Part shown: piece after piece, positions 1-13,577 of the stretch
Numbering within the stretch: the stretch's first letter is position 1
Layout of the letters: every line of letters begins with the position of its first letter
Assembly (NCBI GenBank): GCA_951406725.2
Contig: OX597837.1
Span: 16,492,001 to 16,556,000 of the forward strand
From: Octopus vulgaris
Lineage: Eukaryota
Length of the DNA stretch: 64,000 bases
Direction of reading: 5' to 3'
Notes under the pieces: model-generated
Databases searched by the model: none
What the model saw: the letters and a program-made list of their open reading frames with translations, nothing else
What the model was told of the DNA's origin: nothing
Program-made: the position numbers and the translations under genes

Positions 1-108
1 TGAACTTATTTGTTTTCGTATTTCATGTTGTTTACTGTTGGTGATGTCCTGTACCCAATATGCATGTGTGTGTGTGCTATCTATCTATCTAGCTATCTCT
101 CTCTCTTC

Positions 109-151
<43 letters not shown>

Positions 152-272
152 TACTGTACAAAAAGTGTACTCCACCTGGTGAGAGATGAATATGATTTAA
201 TAAACACATGTTTTTATGTACTATGGTTACTATTAGTCTCATGTGATGAAAACATGCCAGAAATGCTTTAAA

Positions 273-318
273 ATGTTGTCTGACACGCTTTCATTGCACG
301 AAACTAATAGTAGCACAT
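273..318 (+). ncRNA. Degenerate type I hammerhead ribozyme motif (Penelope-like pLTR remnant)
   Basis: atgttgt-CTGACAC-gc tttcatt gc-ac-GAAA-cta a tag-TA-gcacat. Stems I and III pair, GAAA and UH are in place, but the CUGANGA box is mutated. Confidence 0.5.
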
Positions 319-1134
319 AGAAACATATATTGTGTTTATTAAATAATATCTGTGTATGTGCGTTCGCATATTACACACACGCACATGAGAGAAAGCAGGA
401 ATACTAGATATGGCAACCTCAAAAGAAAGAAAGAACTCAATACAAATGTATAAATCTATATCAAGAAAATTAAAGATCCAATTCTCAAAGTGACTGACCA
501 ATTTATTCCTATTTGGAAAGTCTGAAAACTTCCAACAGGAGGGATGTCTGCCTGTAGAAAATCTGCTTTAATAAACTACACTTAACCCATGCAAGAATGG
601 GAAAAGCAGATGTTAAAACAATGACGATGATGATGATATACACACATACAACAGGCTTCTTTCAGTTCAAATTGACTAAGAGCTGTTTTCCCTAAAATAA
701 TACAGGCAGTCCCATACTAAATTTGCAAGAAATTAGCACACACAAATATTTTAACATAATTCCTCAAAATAATTCATTCACAGAAAATTTTTAAAAGACA
801 CCCCCCTCCCAAACAAAACATTAAACACAAAGAAAAATCTTTAAAAAAGTCAAAGTCTATTTTACAGAGAAGGTTTAGAGGTGAATATGTGTTGAGTGAA
901 AGTGAAAGAAGATTTTCTTTAGAAGATTGCTTAATATAACAGAAGTGACATCAGTTAAATAAATTCTAAGGTAACATAACTGGGGTGAGGAGGTACACAA
1001 CCTGAAGGATGTTTTACCTGAATGCCTGGCTGAGTTCTAGCTGAATCATCAACACTGTATCCCAATCCCATACTCTTACTATCCATACTCATCAATTAAG
1101 AAATAGGACAATGAGGAGAGAAGAGGACAAGGTG

Positions 1135-1171
<37 letters not shown>

Positions 1172-1206
1172 GTAAGTGAAGGTGAATGAATGTAGCACAC
1201 GCTCAC

Positions 1207-1330
1207 CCAGGGTCTGCATTTATACATTACAACTGTTGAGTGACAAATCATCCATCAAGTTAACCTGCCTCGAATCAGGGTTTTGGAATCTGTTTTTGAA
1301 GACGAAGAAAACTGCCGATTACGTGCACAC
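1207..1330 (-). other. Candidate first/5' exon of a minus-strand host gene (ATG CAG ACC CTG G|GTGAGC)
   Basis: Apparently non-repetitive, CpG-containing segment between (GA)n/(CA)n tracts, ending in a strong donor G|GTGAG at 1207/1206. No transcript evidence. Confidence 0.25.
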
Positions 1331-2489
1331 ACTCACACACACACGTACGTGTGAGAGAGAGAGAGAGAGAGAGAGGGGTGAGGGACAGATGTGAATGCAA
1401 CTACCATTCACTGAAGTGTTTATGCCTTTCACAACAGCAATATTAAAGTACACTGCTTATGCATTTTAATTAAATGAAAATTATCAATATTTGGAGAGAT
1501 GGGTTTGGAACATAGAAGTTCTTTCATAAAATTTATAATGAAAGGTTTTAATTAAAGTCTGAACACTTAAAAGTGAGAGACTACAAAGTCCAGGCTGTCT
1601 CGGGCAGGTTGATATTGAAAGAGTTAATTGGAATTTACTTCATTATTGTAAATATCACAAATTCCCAAAAGCTTTCAAGAAAGGGCTTCTGCCAAAGGTC
1701 CGAGAGTGGAAGGAGACATTTATGGTGTTAAACAGATAAAGACAAAGTTTTCCCCAATTTGACCATAACTGGATTGTATTTCAGTACATTTCTCTTTAAT
1801 CAGAGCTTAGCAGGGGCGAAACAGGAATAACAACAAATTACCTACAATGAACCTAAGACCTCTGAGCTAGTACCTCAATACCATATCACTTTGCCACTTT
1901 ATTTCTACCCGTAGAAAGATAAGCACACAAGTCCACCCCTTATATGTGTGCGTGTGTGTGTGTGTGTGTGTGTGCGCGTCTGTTTATTTGCTTGCTTGTA
2001 ACATAGTGTTAGTTTATTTACTTCCTTGTAAGTTAAACAGTTTGGTAAAGAGAGAAAAGAGTAAACTTGCTATCACCTTAGATATATGAATTTATGCAAT
2101 TTCTCAAAAAAAAATGAAGGTGCCAAAAAATATGAAAAACCAGACAAATGATGATAGTGCCAGTGATGATGATTATGATGATATAATCGAAGATTACAGT
2201 GGTGAACTCAGTTTACATGTGTTACTTAGTGTATTCTAGATATTACATTTTTGAAAATTTCAAATGAAAATTAAGCTCAATGACAACTTCCATTTCTACT
2301 AACACCCATTATATTTGTAAATTTGTTGGGTTTTCCTTGGTTTTGGTTGCCTTTAGTCTCTTCATTCTTAATTTTCTTTTAATGCCTAATTACATGGTAT
2401 TCTTGTAACTAAGTCAGTCCTCTTTCAAAATTTTCCACAGCAAAAAATATATATAGGCCTAGAACAGAAATGATTTCTGAAATAAGCTG

Positions 2490-4830
2490 GAGGCCATGCA
2501 CTTCTAGAACCATGGAGCAGATAATTTAATCAACCCTTATACTAGGTACGACTATGAATTTTAAAAAATATTTTAAAGTAATTTCTACTGTACTTTTCTT
2601 GGAGAACATCCAAAAAGAAACATTTTGATAGCTCATTTGTGAAATTTGGATATTTTAGGAAATATGACAATCTGAACAGCCAGCAAATTGGTTGAAATCT
2701 TCTGTAATTGGCCTAAATGAATAATCAGCCATATCTGTGATTAGGTTATATCTTTGGGACTGAGGTTATCTTCAAATTATACCAATTAATAGTTTCCATA
2801 GTATACAGGTGAAGTATACCAACAGTTTGAAAAAGAAAGCAGTGAACTTAGGCTTTTATTTGCTTACAATCCGACCAGCTCTGAAAGAATATACACACTT
2901 TAATTTACATTCATTCAGTAAGATACAAATATACACTATTAATATCCAGCACAATTCCACACACTCAAACAAGAGTCTACATATTTAAACAAATGAATCA
3001 ATATATTCACCTGATTGAATTCACTCATTTTTACTTTCCATTTAATTTTCTAATAACACTGTAATATAATTTAAATGCACAAAATCAGATGAAATGGGTT
3101 CAAATTCTATGGCTGTATCTGAGAACTATAAAATACATCCGAAAGCCTTTCTACAATCTACATAATTACATAAAATCACAATAAGCAGTTGCCTACTTTT
3201 TCTGAAAATGAAACTTTTTTGTATTAATTTTTTAAATATTTATGTAAAGCCTATTTTGTTTAGTCAATTTCACTGTGTTTTCAGACCTAGCTAAATCTAA
3301 AAGTACAAACCACAGGAGTTTCTGAGATTTTGGGACATGATAGATAGCATTTCAAGAAAATTTTAATGGACTATTAAAAATGGCTATAAATGGTTGAGTT
3401 TTGGATCAGGATGCTCGCAAAAGTTGGATTTTCTGTTTTGATGGAGATTTTTCCAATTTTTTCTTCACTATGGCCTTGGGGAAAATGGGAAGAAGCTTTT
3501 TATGCAAAAAATTGTTTTGAAAATTTTTGATTTTTTTTCATCATCCCTCAGGACCAATTTTTGTCACACTACATACTTAAAAATGATGGCAGAAGCCCTT
3601 TTGGTTAAAACAAAAAAATTTCAAACAAAAAGGCATGTGATTTAAGGGAGATTTAGCTGTTGTTTCTAGAGCACCTCACAACCACCTTTCTCAGAATTGC
3701 ATGTAAGCCTAGATTAAAAAACAAAGAAAATGTGAAAACTAATTCCTTACAAGGAAGTAAATAAACTAACATTAGAAGTACAAATTAAAGACATTGAAAA
3801 CATCAGTAACTTACAGCACACTCGTTAGTAGGAGAGAGAAAAAAAAATCAAAACAAATATGTAAACACTACCACAAATTATCCAAAAAAAAAAAAAAAAA
3901 TCTACCACATCAGACTTTTATAGTTTACAGAATAATATTCATTGCACAATATAATTTCACGACCAATATTTCTCTAAGAAAAACAAAATTTACATCTACA
4001 AGAATATCCATTAGGTAAAATTCAAATGTTTTTCTCCCTATGTTGTTAAAACAGTGAGAGGGAATAAACAATGTTCTCAATACAATGATTCCAGGCTAAT
4101 TTTGGGCTCTAGAAGACTTACGAGTATGTAGCTCAAGTTAGAGTATTTTCCCATAGAAATATTTACTTAATTTGTCCATTTCTTGAAATTCTGGCTCAAG
4201 CTTGATATTTGAAGCCTTGGATTCATGTTCCATTTGACTTTGCACAATGCAAGAATATGTCAGTTTGGCAAGTCGCATCAGTATAGAACCTTCTTTACTG
4301 TCTTTGTACTTTTTCATTGTATTGTGGCCAGATTTGGTAATGACCATATTGAATTTGTGAAAAATTTTCTTTCTTATGATATAAAAATCTTGAAATGTTC
4401 TTTCTTAAGTAAAAATTAATAAAATTTTCACCTTTTTATTTCATAACAATTATCTGACCTACCCCCATCAATTTTTATATCAATATAAAGCTAAAAAATG
4501 TCCTAGTCATGACTATCTGATTCTCAAAACAAATCAGGTTATAGCACTCCAGCACATTGCGAATGGGTGAAAATACCAGGGTGACTGAGGGACCCCGGTA
4601 TGATATGTGTTGGATCTTGATCAAAACTATATGAGAAGAAAGTTCATATTCAAAACTTTCAAATGATATATAATTTTCCACAGAAAAATGTATTTTGACA
4701 TAAAAATGAAGCAAAGTATGTTTTTGTATGGTCAAACTGTGCTTGTCTCTCTCTTTTATGGTGAAGAGGTTCATGATTGCAAAACGAAGTTCTTCACCAA
4801 TCAGACACATTTCATTTCACCACATTTTTC
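2490..4830. repeat. Old unclassified repeat, probably DNA-transposon-derived; related copy at about 23130-25110
   Basis: About 4100-4750 is the diverged reverse complement of about 23150-23920, and about 2560-3390 of about 24600-25100. About 3400-3530 matches about 24220-24340 directly. Confidence 0.55.
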
Positions 4831-7800
4831 TGTTTTTGTTTAACCTGACAGACAAGAACAGAGTTAAATTACATTAGTCTGTCTTGCGTAGCAATTATTC
4901 CAGCAACCAAAAACCATGGATTTGAAAGGTATAAGACATAGGCATTCACTCACACCTTTTGAAACTACAGAATCAGCTACTCTAACTCATCATACTTACT
5001 CCCAGTCTTCCCTTCCTCAATCCCACTCTAGACTCTCTGCTTTAGTGAATTTTTTAACCTAGTTTCTCCAGAGAAATACCCAAGAAACAATACTTGTGCA
5101 AAACATTTCACTTAACAACAAAAAAACCTATCACTCCTAATCCCCTTTCTACCACGGTTACTAATATTGCTTCTAACATCAGTGCAAGGACCTGAGATTT
5201 AGAGGACAAGGTTAGCTGCAATACTTTAGTACAACTTCAGCACTTTATTTTTCAAGATGGAAAGGATGAAGTTGACCTTGGCAAGATTTGAACTCAGAGA
5301 TACTGACTAAATATACACATGGCTGAAAGCAGGCTTTCAGCCATCTGTGTGAACCTGTCAATCAACTTAGTTGTCAATACTAATAAAGATTCTTTAAAGG
5401 CAGTGGAGCAGGCAGAATCGTTGACACAATGGGCAAAATACTTAGTGACATTTTACCCATCCTTATGAACTGAGTTCAAATTCCATGTTGGTTGACAAAA
5501 TAAATACCAGTGATGCACCAGGGTTGACGGAATCACTTCCAAAATTTCCAGCCTTGTGTCAAAATTTGAAACCAATATTAATAAAGATTTGGTAGCTTAT
5601 TGGTGATATTCTTACAAATCTGAAAACACCAAAGAAAGATTATTTAAAAGTAATAACTATTTTAAAAGGTTTTAGTTGTTATAAAACAGGGCTCTATGCA
5701 GAGTAGAATCGGTGATGCATCAGACAAAATAGTTTTTTTTCTTTTTTAAGCTATCGTCCTCTTACATTCTGAGTTTAAATCCTGTGAATCAACTTTGTCT
5801 TTCATTCTTCCAAGTTCATTAAGCAATTACCAATGAAGCTATAATTAATTACACTCCTGAAGGTGGTGCCTCAGCATGGACATAGCTCAACAAGAAAGCA
5901 ATAAAAGAATAAAAGACAAACAAAAGTAAATAACCTAAATTTTTTTCTTCTCCAATTATGCACAATGCTAATTAAGAAATTGATGACAAGGATATATAAT
6001 AAGTATTGATTAGGAAATATAAAAAGCAACAAATAAATCATCTTTAAAATTATATGGATTAAAAATGGGAGGATTTAATTGATTCTATAAACCAGATAAT
6101 ATTTAAAAGATTTTATTTTATCAAACTTAACAGGATTTGAACTTGGGAACATAAATGGGCATAACTGTTAACCACATGACATTTTGCTCAGAGTTGTCTC
6201 ATGTACTTGCCAAACAATATCAATAATATTGAGTAATAATGACAATATTTGTTTTAATCCACAGCATAAATATTTCTAGTTTAGCTTTTTATAATGTTTC
6301 CAGCATTATATGTTAACACCAACTCAACTATTCTAATTCATTCAGATGAGGTCATTTATGCCTTTAAATAATTGTTTCAAATTTAAGGTTAGTAATTTTA
6401 AGAAAATCTAATTGATGAAATTAACTCCAGCACTTGACTAGTACTTTATTCTAGTGACCCCATGGGGATGAAAGACAAAGCTGACTTCAGCAAGATTTGA
6501 ACTCATTAGGAATAAGACAGGAACAAATATTGCAAAGCACATTTTTTTCAAACCCTCTAGGGATCCTGTTAATTCACCAGCATTTTAATATTCCAGGTAA
6601 TAGCAATTACTTTGCCTATTAATTCCAGCTGTGAATAAATTAGGTCTGCAGCAAAAACTAACAGACACTGACTGCAAACTACATAATCCAGTACAGTTAA
6701 TAAAACCCCAAAATCCATAGAAACTAGCAGAGTGGGATCCTAGATCTGCAAAAATGACTTAACATCATCACCATTTAAATATCTACCTTTCTGTACTTGC
6801 ATGGATCAGACAGAATCTGTTGTGGTAGATTTTCCGTTGCTGAATGCTCAAGCTTTTGCCAACCCTTGCTTGTTTCCAAAGAAGGTAATATTTGCCCATG
6901 GCCAGACATTTTTTTTTACAAAAGACTGGAAAGTGAACAACCCTGACTGTATAACAAGGATGCCCATTTACAACCATCACATGTTATAGAGACAAGGGCA
7001 TACATACAAGGCTGTGGCCAGCCCAATATGCCATGTTGTGGGACTGAACCCAAGACCACATGGTTGGAAGCCACACAGCCACATCTGTAGTTATAATGTT
7101 TGCAAACAGTGTTTACAAATTTGAAATAAGATGTATGCTCTGAGGAGTTAGAGGTACTGACATATGCCCAGCACTCTTCTGCTGAGAAAAACGACAGCAC
7201 AAAACAAATGAACTTTTGTTAGTTGTGCTGTCCTGGAAACTTTTAAATACCTCACTCAGAAAATGAACACACAAATCTCCCCATGGCATACAACTTAACC
7301 AAATTTGCAAACTAATACAATTAGATTACTTTGAATATGTGATGGTTGAGAGGAACAGATTACTGTTCAGTATTGGATTACTGGTTTTTATCACAAGAGG
7401 ATTAAATAAACCCACTAACTGCCTACCCCACACTACTTTAAAATGTTCAAGCCAACAAAGAAGCCTTTAGAGAGTCACTGAGCCTGCAACAAAATAACGG
7501 CCAAATACACTTAAATTTCTCTCAACATCTTAAAAAAAGTACATATTGGACAATGTAGTCATAGATTTCCAAAAACAGGAGTGTGTGACTCTGAAAGTAC
7601 GAGCTTGAAGCTTAAACAATACTAAAAGGGATCTATAAATGATAAAATCTAAATAAATATAGAGGTGGTGTGAAAAAACCTGGAGTAAAATTTATTGATC
7701 TATGCTAGCACGGAACATAGACATTAAATGATGATACAAAATAGCTGACATTTACTTCCGTTATTTACACTTTCAGAATGTTGAAGACTAGGCTTTTAAT

Positions 7801-8761
7801 TCTGACTGAACAATTTTCTTGCCAATACTATTGTTAATCCCTGCCAATCCTTCTCTTAACAGCATTTAGCCTCCCAGAAAAAAAAACAATTTAAATCACT
7901 TCATCAGAATATGAAGAAAAAGTGAGAGATATGAATCACGTTAAAGCAGCCAAAACATTCTTATAAAATCTCTGTGTATTTACTTAAAAAACAAAAGATC
8001 ATTTATTCATTGCTGCCACAGCAGCAAAAGTTGACAGTGTTGAACATCTCAAGTAGAAAGATTTAGAGATTTGGAGAAACTGCAAAATCAACATCATTCT
8101 ATCTTTCATACAATTCCATAAAATCTTTCTCTCTTTCTACTCACACCACAGACCACATGGCACTTGTAACAATAGCAGTTTGTTAAATCCTAATACTACC
8201 TTAGATTTCATAGTAAGCATAGGGGGTTATTAGGATCAGTGTTGTTAGGGCAATGAAGGACAGAATTAGTAATCATCACCATCATCATCATCATTTTAAC
8301 AGACACTTTCCCATGCTTGCATGGACCAGATGGAATTTGTTAAGGCAGATTTTCTATGACCAGATGCCCTTCATGTCACTAACCCTCGCCTATTTCCAAG
8401 TAAAGTGATAATACTTCCCCTGGCCAAACATATTTTTCACAGAAGACTGGAAACAATGTTGCTTGTATGACAGTGGTCCTCGTTTACAGTCACAAAAGTG
8501 TAGAAAAGTGGACACACGAAATGGTGATGAATTAGCTTGATGAAGGGTTACAGGGTTGTGCTCTTGAATTAACACCCAACAGTCTTCTATACAGTGTCTT
8601 TCTACCCAACTTAATGCACAAAGTATGGGTCAAGCCAAAGCTATTGAAAATGACATTTACCCAAGATGCTATGCAGTGGGACTGAACTTAAGACCAAATG
8701 ATTGCAAAATAAACTTCTTAACTATTCAACCGATACACACACACACACACATATATATATA

Positions 8762-8955
8762 TCAGTTGCCATGATAGATCGTTAGCCACTACACACATTT
8801 TTTTCTCTCCTTGTTTTTTCTGTGTCCCTTTCTGTAGAAGAGCATAGGCTCGAAACGTAAAAGACTTTTTCTATTCCTGAGCATTATACTAATACATCTG
8901 TTTGTTTTATACACCACCTGTTTTCGTCTTTTGTTTTTTTCGTAAACTCTCCTTG
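8762..8955 (+). mobile_element. Penelope-like element terminal repeat fragment with minimal hammerhead motif (8824-8865)
   Basis: gtcccttt-CTGTAGA-a-gagc atag gctc-GAAA-cg-TA-aaagac: 4-bp stem II and a palindromic minimal stem III typical of PLE hammerheads. Flanked by (TA)n. Confidence 0.6.
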
Positions 8956-8966
8956 TATAAATAAAT

Positions 8967-8997
<31 letters not shown>

Positions 8998-11230
8998 TAG
9001 ATAGAGAGATATAGACAGCCAGACAGAAAGAAATAGATAGACAGATAGATATCTTTTACTTGTTTCAGTTATTGGACTAAGTCCATGCTGGGACACTGCC
9101 TTGAAGGGTCCAGTTGAACAATATATCTCAGTACTTCTTTTGACAAACCATTAAATTATAGGGATACAAACAAACCAACACTGGTTGTCAAATGGTGACA
9201 GGGGACAAACACAAAAACACACACACACATACATATGATAGACTTCTTTCAGTTTCCAATTATCAAATTCATTCACAAGGCAATGGTAAGCCCAGGGCTA
9301 TAGAAGAAGAGACTTGCCCAAAATGCCACGTGGAGAGACTGAACCCAGATTCATATGGTGACAAAGTGTACTTTTTAACCCCACAATCTATGCCATGGAG
9401 GAGACAGGGACTCTGCCAGCTGCAATATGTGCAACTTTTCTAGGAGAGCAGGAACTTTGATTAAAAACTGATATGAGATAGAAAAGACTCTTCAATCTTG
9501 ACCAGAGATAACTTTTCTAGGGTGGTCACACATGAAATTTGTACCCAGTTCATGTTGTAAAATGGTTAGTGACAGGCAGAGCATCCAGAAATGTTGGGAA
9601 CAAAAAAATAATTGTCAAACTCATAACACATACAACAAACAAGGTTGGGTTTTCTCTTACTATGAGTTCTATCCAACTGATGTGAGCAGAACAACAACAG
9701 ATGTAACACTATGATAAAGACAGTATTGTATGCGTGTGTGTGTGTGTAAAATCACATACATACCATTATACACACAAACACACACACACACATATATATA
9801 TGGCATAAATCAGTTCATCTAAGTAATGCAAACATTGACTGTATATGCAAACAGTTTAGAGAGAGAGAGAGAGAGAGAGAGAAAGAAAAAGAAAAACACT
9901 AGACTAAATATAAATTATAAACAGATGCATGAAATCTAAATATTAAAGCAGAGAGCCTGGCAGCAAATGTATAGAATAAATAGCAATGTTTGTATGGGTC
10001 AGAATTGAGTTGGTTGTAAAGCTTCATATTTTGACCTCAGTTTGAAGCTGCTTCAACTCATTGCTGCCTAATTGCATAATGGTTTAGAGTTGAGGAATTA
10101 TGCTAGAAACCTGTAATCAACAACACTATTCACAAAATTCTTAAAAGAAAAAAATAACGAACTGGATTGTTAAAAATAATGCTATTACTGGTAAGATGAT
10201 AGTATTTTTACTCATTAAGTATAACAATAATTTTCTAGTATAGGCACAAAGCCTGAAATTTTTGCAGGAGGGGCCAGTGACTTAGTTCAACCTCAGTGCT
10301 CAGCTGGTACTTATACTGTCAACCTGGAAAGGATGAAAGGCAAAGGTGAACTCTGCAGAATTTGAACTTGAAAACATAAAGCTGGAAGAAATATAGTTAA
10401 GCATTTTATCTGGCTTGCTAACAGTTCTGCCAGCTGGCCACTTTAAGCAATAATAATTATGATTTCTGACTTAGGCATAAAGCAAGTGATTTCGAGGGGA
10501 GGGGCTAAGTCAATACCACTGACTCTGGTATTTGACTGGTAAGCTAGTTTATTGATTCTGGCACTCTGTTGATTACAGCAGATCATCTGATCAACAGTAC
10601 AGCCTGCTCATTAAACTGATGTGCAAGTGACTAAGCACCCCACAGACACAAGGTCCCTTAATGTAGTTTCCTTGAGATTCAGCAAGGCACAGCATGTGAC
10701 AAGGCTGGTGCAACAGGAAATAAAATAACTAGCTCAAGAAAACAATGAGAAACCAGAAATTGAACTCATGACCTTACAATTGAGCCAAATAGCCTAACCA
10801 CTAAGCCATTTATCAATGTTGCAGGGCAGAAAGGCAAAGCTGATCGTGGCAGAATTTGAACTCAGAATAGAAAGAGCCGGAACAAATAGCAAAAAGAAAC
10901 TTTTTTCCAACACTCTAACAATGCTGCTAACCCATAGCCCTTTAGAATAACAAAAATAACAGTTTGTAAGAAAGGCAAAAGACCAGAAATTTTAGATGGG
11001 AAAAACAATCAATTATACTGACCTCACTGGACCAATGTCTAATTAATCAACTCAACCTAAGAAGGACAGAAAGGTACAAAAGTACAGATGATCTCAGTGG
11101 GATCTAAGCTCAGAATGCAAGCATCACCACAAGGTATTTTTGCTGACACTTGAAAAATTCTGTCAGCTTTAATAATAACAAAACCTGAACCCTAATAACA
11201 CCCAAAGAAAAACATCTAACTTGCTGTTAC

Positions 11231-11420
11231 CTGAGGTTTCTGGGCAGGAATAGAAATAGCTCATAGAAAACAATACAACCACAATAAAGAATAATAATTT
11301 TTTACAGAAAATCTGATTAATGGGGAAACCAGATGATGTAACATTCATGCCTTTTCTCAGCTCATTAGCAATGTAAGGAAGTGGCTGCCATGGCAGAGAA
11401 GAGGAAGGAAAGTAGGTCAT
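11231..11420 (-). CDS. Candidate coding exon with signal-peptide/TM-like segment (...KKLLFFIVVVLFSMSYFYSCPETS-G|gtaac), phase 1
   Basis: Open frame in apparently non-repetitive sequence, basic-hydrophobic-polar pattern, donor CAG|GTAACA at 11231/11230. Confidence 0.3.
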
Positions 11421-11566
11421 AGACTTAGTTGAGATCTTCCTAGAATTTCAGTTAATGATGCAGTTGAAGAGTTAGAGTGGTAGATTCAGTTGTAAGTTAA
11501 TAGGTATGTTTGTGTCCATACACTCACATTGTATATATTGTGTTATGTGAGTGTTTATATATGCAT

Positions 11567-11567
<1 letters not shown>

Positions 11568-11617
<50 letters not shown>

Positions 11618-11810
11618 CATATATATATACACATATATATATATATATACACATATATATATACACACACATATATATATACACACACATATATATATAC
11701 ACATATATATACACATATATATATATATATATATACACATATATATATATAGACACATATATATATATACACACACATATATATATATATATGTATACAC
11801 ACACATTTTG
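11568..11810. repeat. Compound (TA)n/(CA)n microsatellite
   Basis: Direct reading; source of the YI/HT-rich pseudo-ORFs. Confidence 0.95.
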
Positions 11811-12362
11811 ACAGTCTATATATATTTGCATGTATGCATATTTATGCATATACTGTCCATGTTTTTGTTGTGTGTGTGTATTATATTTAAATATGTTTAG
11901 ATATGCATATCTGAATTTATGCAAGTATATGGGGGTATTGTATGCATGTGTTTATGTTAGACACACACATAAATGGAATGAGGAAGGAGAGGAAGAGATG
12001 AGGCATACAAAACACAATCATCATCATTTCACTCTGATGTTCGGTGCAAGGATGGAACATTTATATACAATTGTACACACACAAATATGTACTCATACAT
12101 ATAAATACACAGGCATCAATAGTGAACACATCATAAAGATGTACTTACTAGAAAGTTATTAATTATGTTATGAGAATTACCAGTGAAGAACCAAGAAAGG
12201 ACTTTGGTAAATGAGTCACTAGGACCACCACTACAGTAAAAACTCCTCAAGTAGATTCTTAAGAACTGACCATTTTTATTTTCAGCCAAATGAACCACAC
12301 AAACAACCCAGTCAAGCTGATAAGGTATTAGAATAAGCAAACACTTGAGAAGTTAGTACAAG

Positions 12363-12394
<32 letters not shown>

Positions 12395-12438
12395 GTGAAA
12401 GTATGTATGGAAGAGTGGTTGTGATGAAAATGACAAAA

Positions 12439-12656
12439 TATTCTTTTCTACTCGAGGCACAAGGCCTGACATTTTTGGGGAGGGAGCCAGTCAATTAGAT
12501 TGACTCCAGTACGCAACTGGTACTTAATTTATCGACCCTGAAAGGATGAAAGGCAAAGTCAACCTTGGCGGAACTTGAACTCAGAACACAAAGACAGACA
12601 AAATACCGCTAAGCATTTTGCCCAGTGTGCCAACATTTCTGCCAGCTTGCTGCCTA
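12439..12656 (-). mobile_element. tRNA-derived SINE (family B) with 13-bp TSD GAAAATGACAAAA
   Basis: TSD at 12426-12438 and 12657-12669; B-box GAGTTCAAGT; central GCCTTTCATCCTTTCAGGGTCGATAAATTAAGTACCAG core shared with many copies in the window. Confidence 0.85.
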
Positions 12657-12932
12657 GAAAATGACAAAAATATTGTTAAACTTTGTAATATTTTTTATCA
12701 ATTTTTACTTGTTTCAAACATTAAACTGTGGCCATGCTGGGGCACTACCTTGAAGAATTTTTGGTTGAATGAATTGACCTGAATATTAATTTTTTAAAGC
12801 CTAGTACCCGTTCTATCAGCCACTTTTGCTGAACCACTGGGTTATGGAGATGTAAACAAACCAACACTGGTTGTCAAGTGGTGGCTGGGGGACAAACACA
12901 CAAACTTATAAGACAGGCTTCTTTCAGTTTCT

Positions 12933-13163
12933 TATTTCTTTATTGCCCACAAGGGGCTAAACATAGAGGGGACAAACAAGGACAGACAAAGGGATTAAGT
13001 CGATTACATATACTCCAGTGCATAACTGGTACTTAATTCATTGACCCCGAAAGGATGAAAGGTAAAGTCGACCTCGGTGGAATTTGAACTAAGAACATAG
13101 CAGCAGACGAAATAACGCTAAGCATTTCGCCTGGCGTTCTAACGTTTCTGCCAGCTCACCGCC
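12933..13163 (-). mobile_element. tRNA-derived SINE (family B) inserted into a family-A SINE, 10-bp TSD TTCAGTTTCT
   Basis: TSD at 12923-12932 and 13164-13173; host SINE halves at about 12705-12932 and 13164-13345. Confidence 0.85.
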
Positions 13164-13577
13164 TTCAGTTTCTATCAACCAAACTGAAAGGCTTCTTTCA
13201 TTTTCTTTCAACCAAATCTACTCACAAGGCTTTGGTTGGCCTGGGGCTAGAGTAGAAAACATTTGCCCAAATGCTACGCAGAGGCACTGAACCTGGAAGC
13301 ATGTTGTTGGGAAGAAAGCTTCTTACCACATAGCCATGCCTGCATCTCATAAGATGCTGGATGGGTTTACGTTTCTTTTACGGTTTTCCTTACATCATCA
13401 TCATTTCACATCTGTTTTTCCATCCTTGCAAAGGTTGGTCAAATCTTTTCGGGCAAGTGTCTTACCACTTGCCAGAGGGGCACATCTTGAAACTGTGCCA
13501 TCATCTTTCTTTCTCTTCCACAAGTTCTTCCATCTCAATCACTTGGCACTTCTTTACTTAACTGTCATCCTCCATAT

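Noticed and set aside
11472-11924. Long YI/HT/CV-rich ORFs (also 30290-30562, 33005-33486, 49968-50594)
   Set aside because: Translations of (TA)n/(CA)n microsatellites, which lack stop codons.
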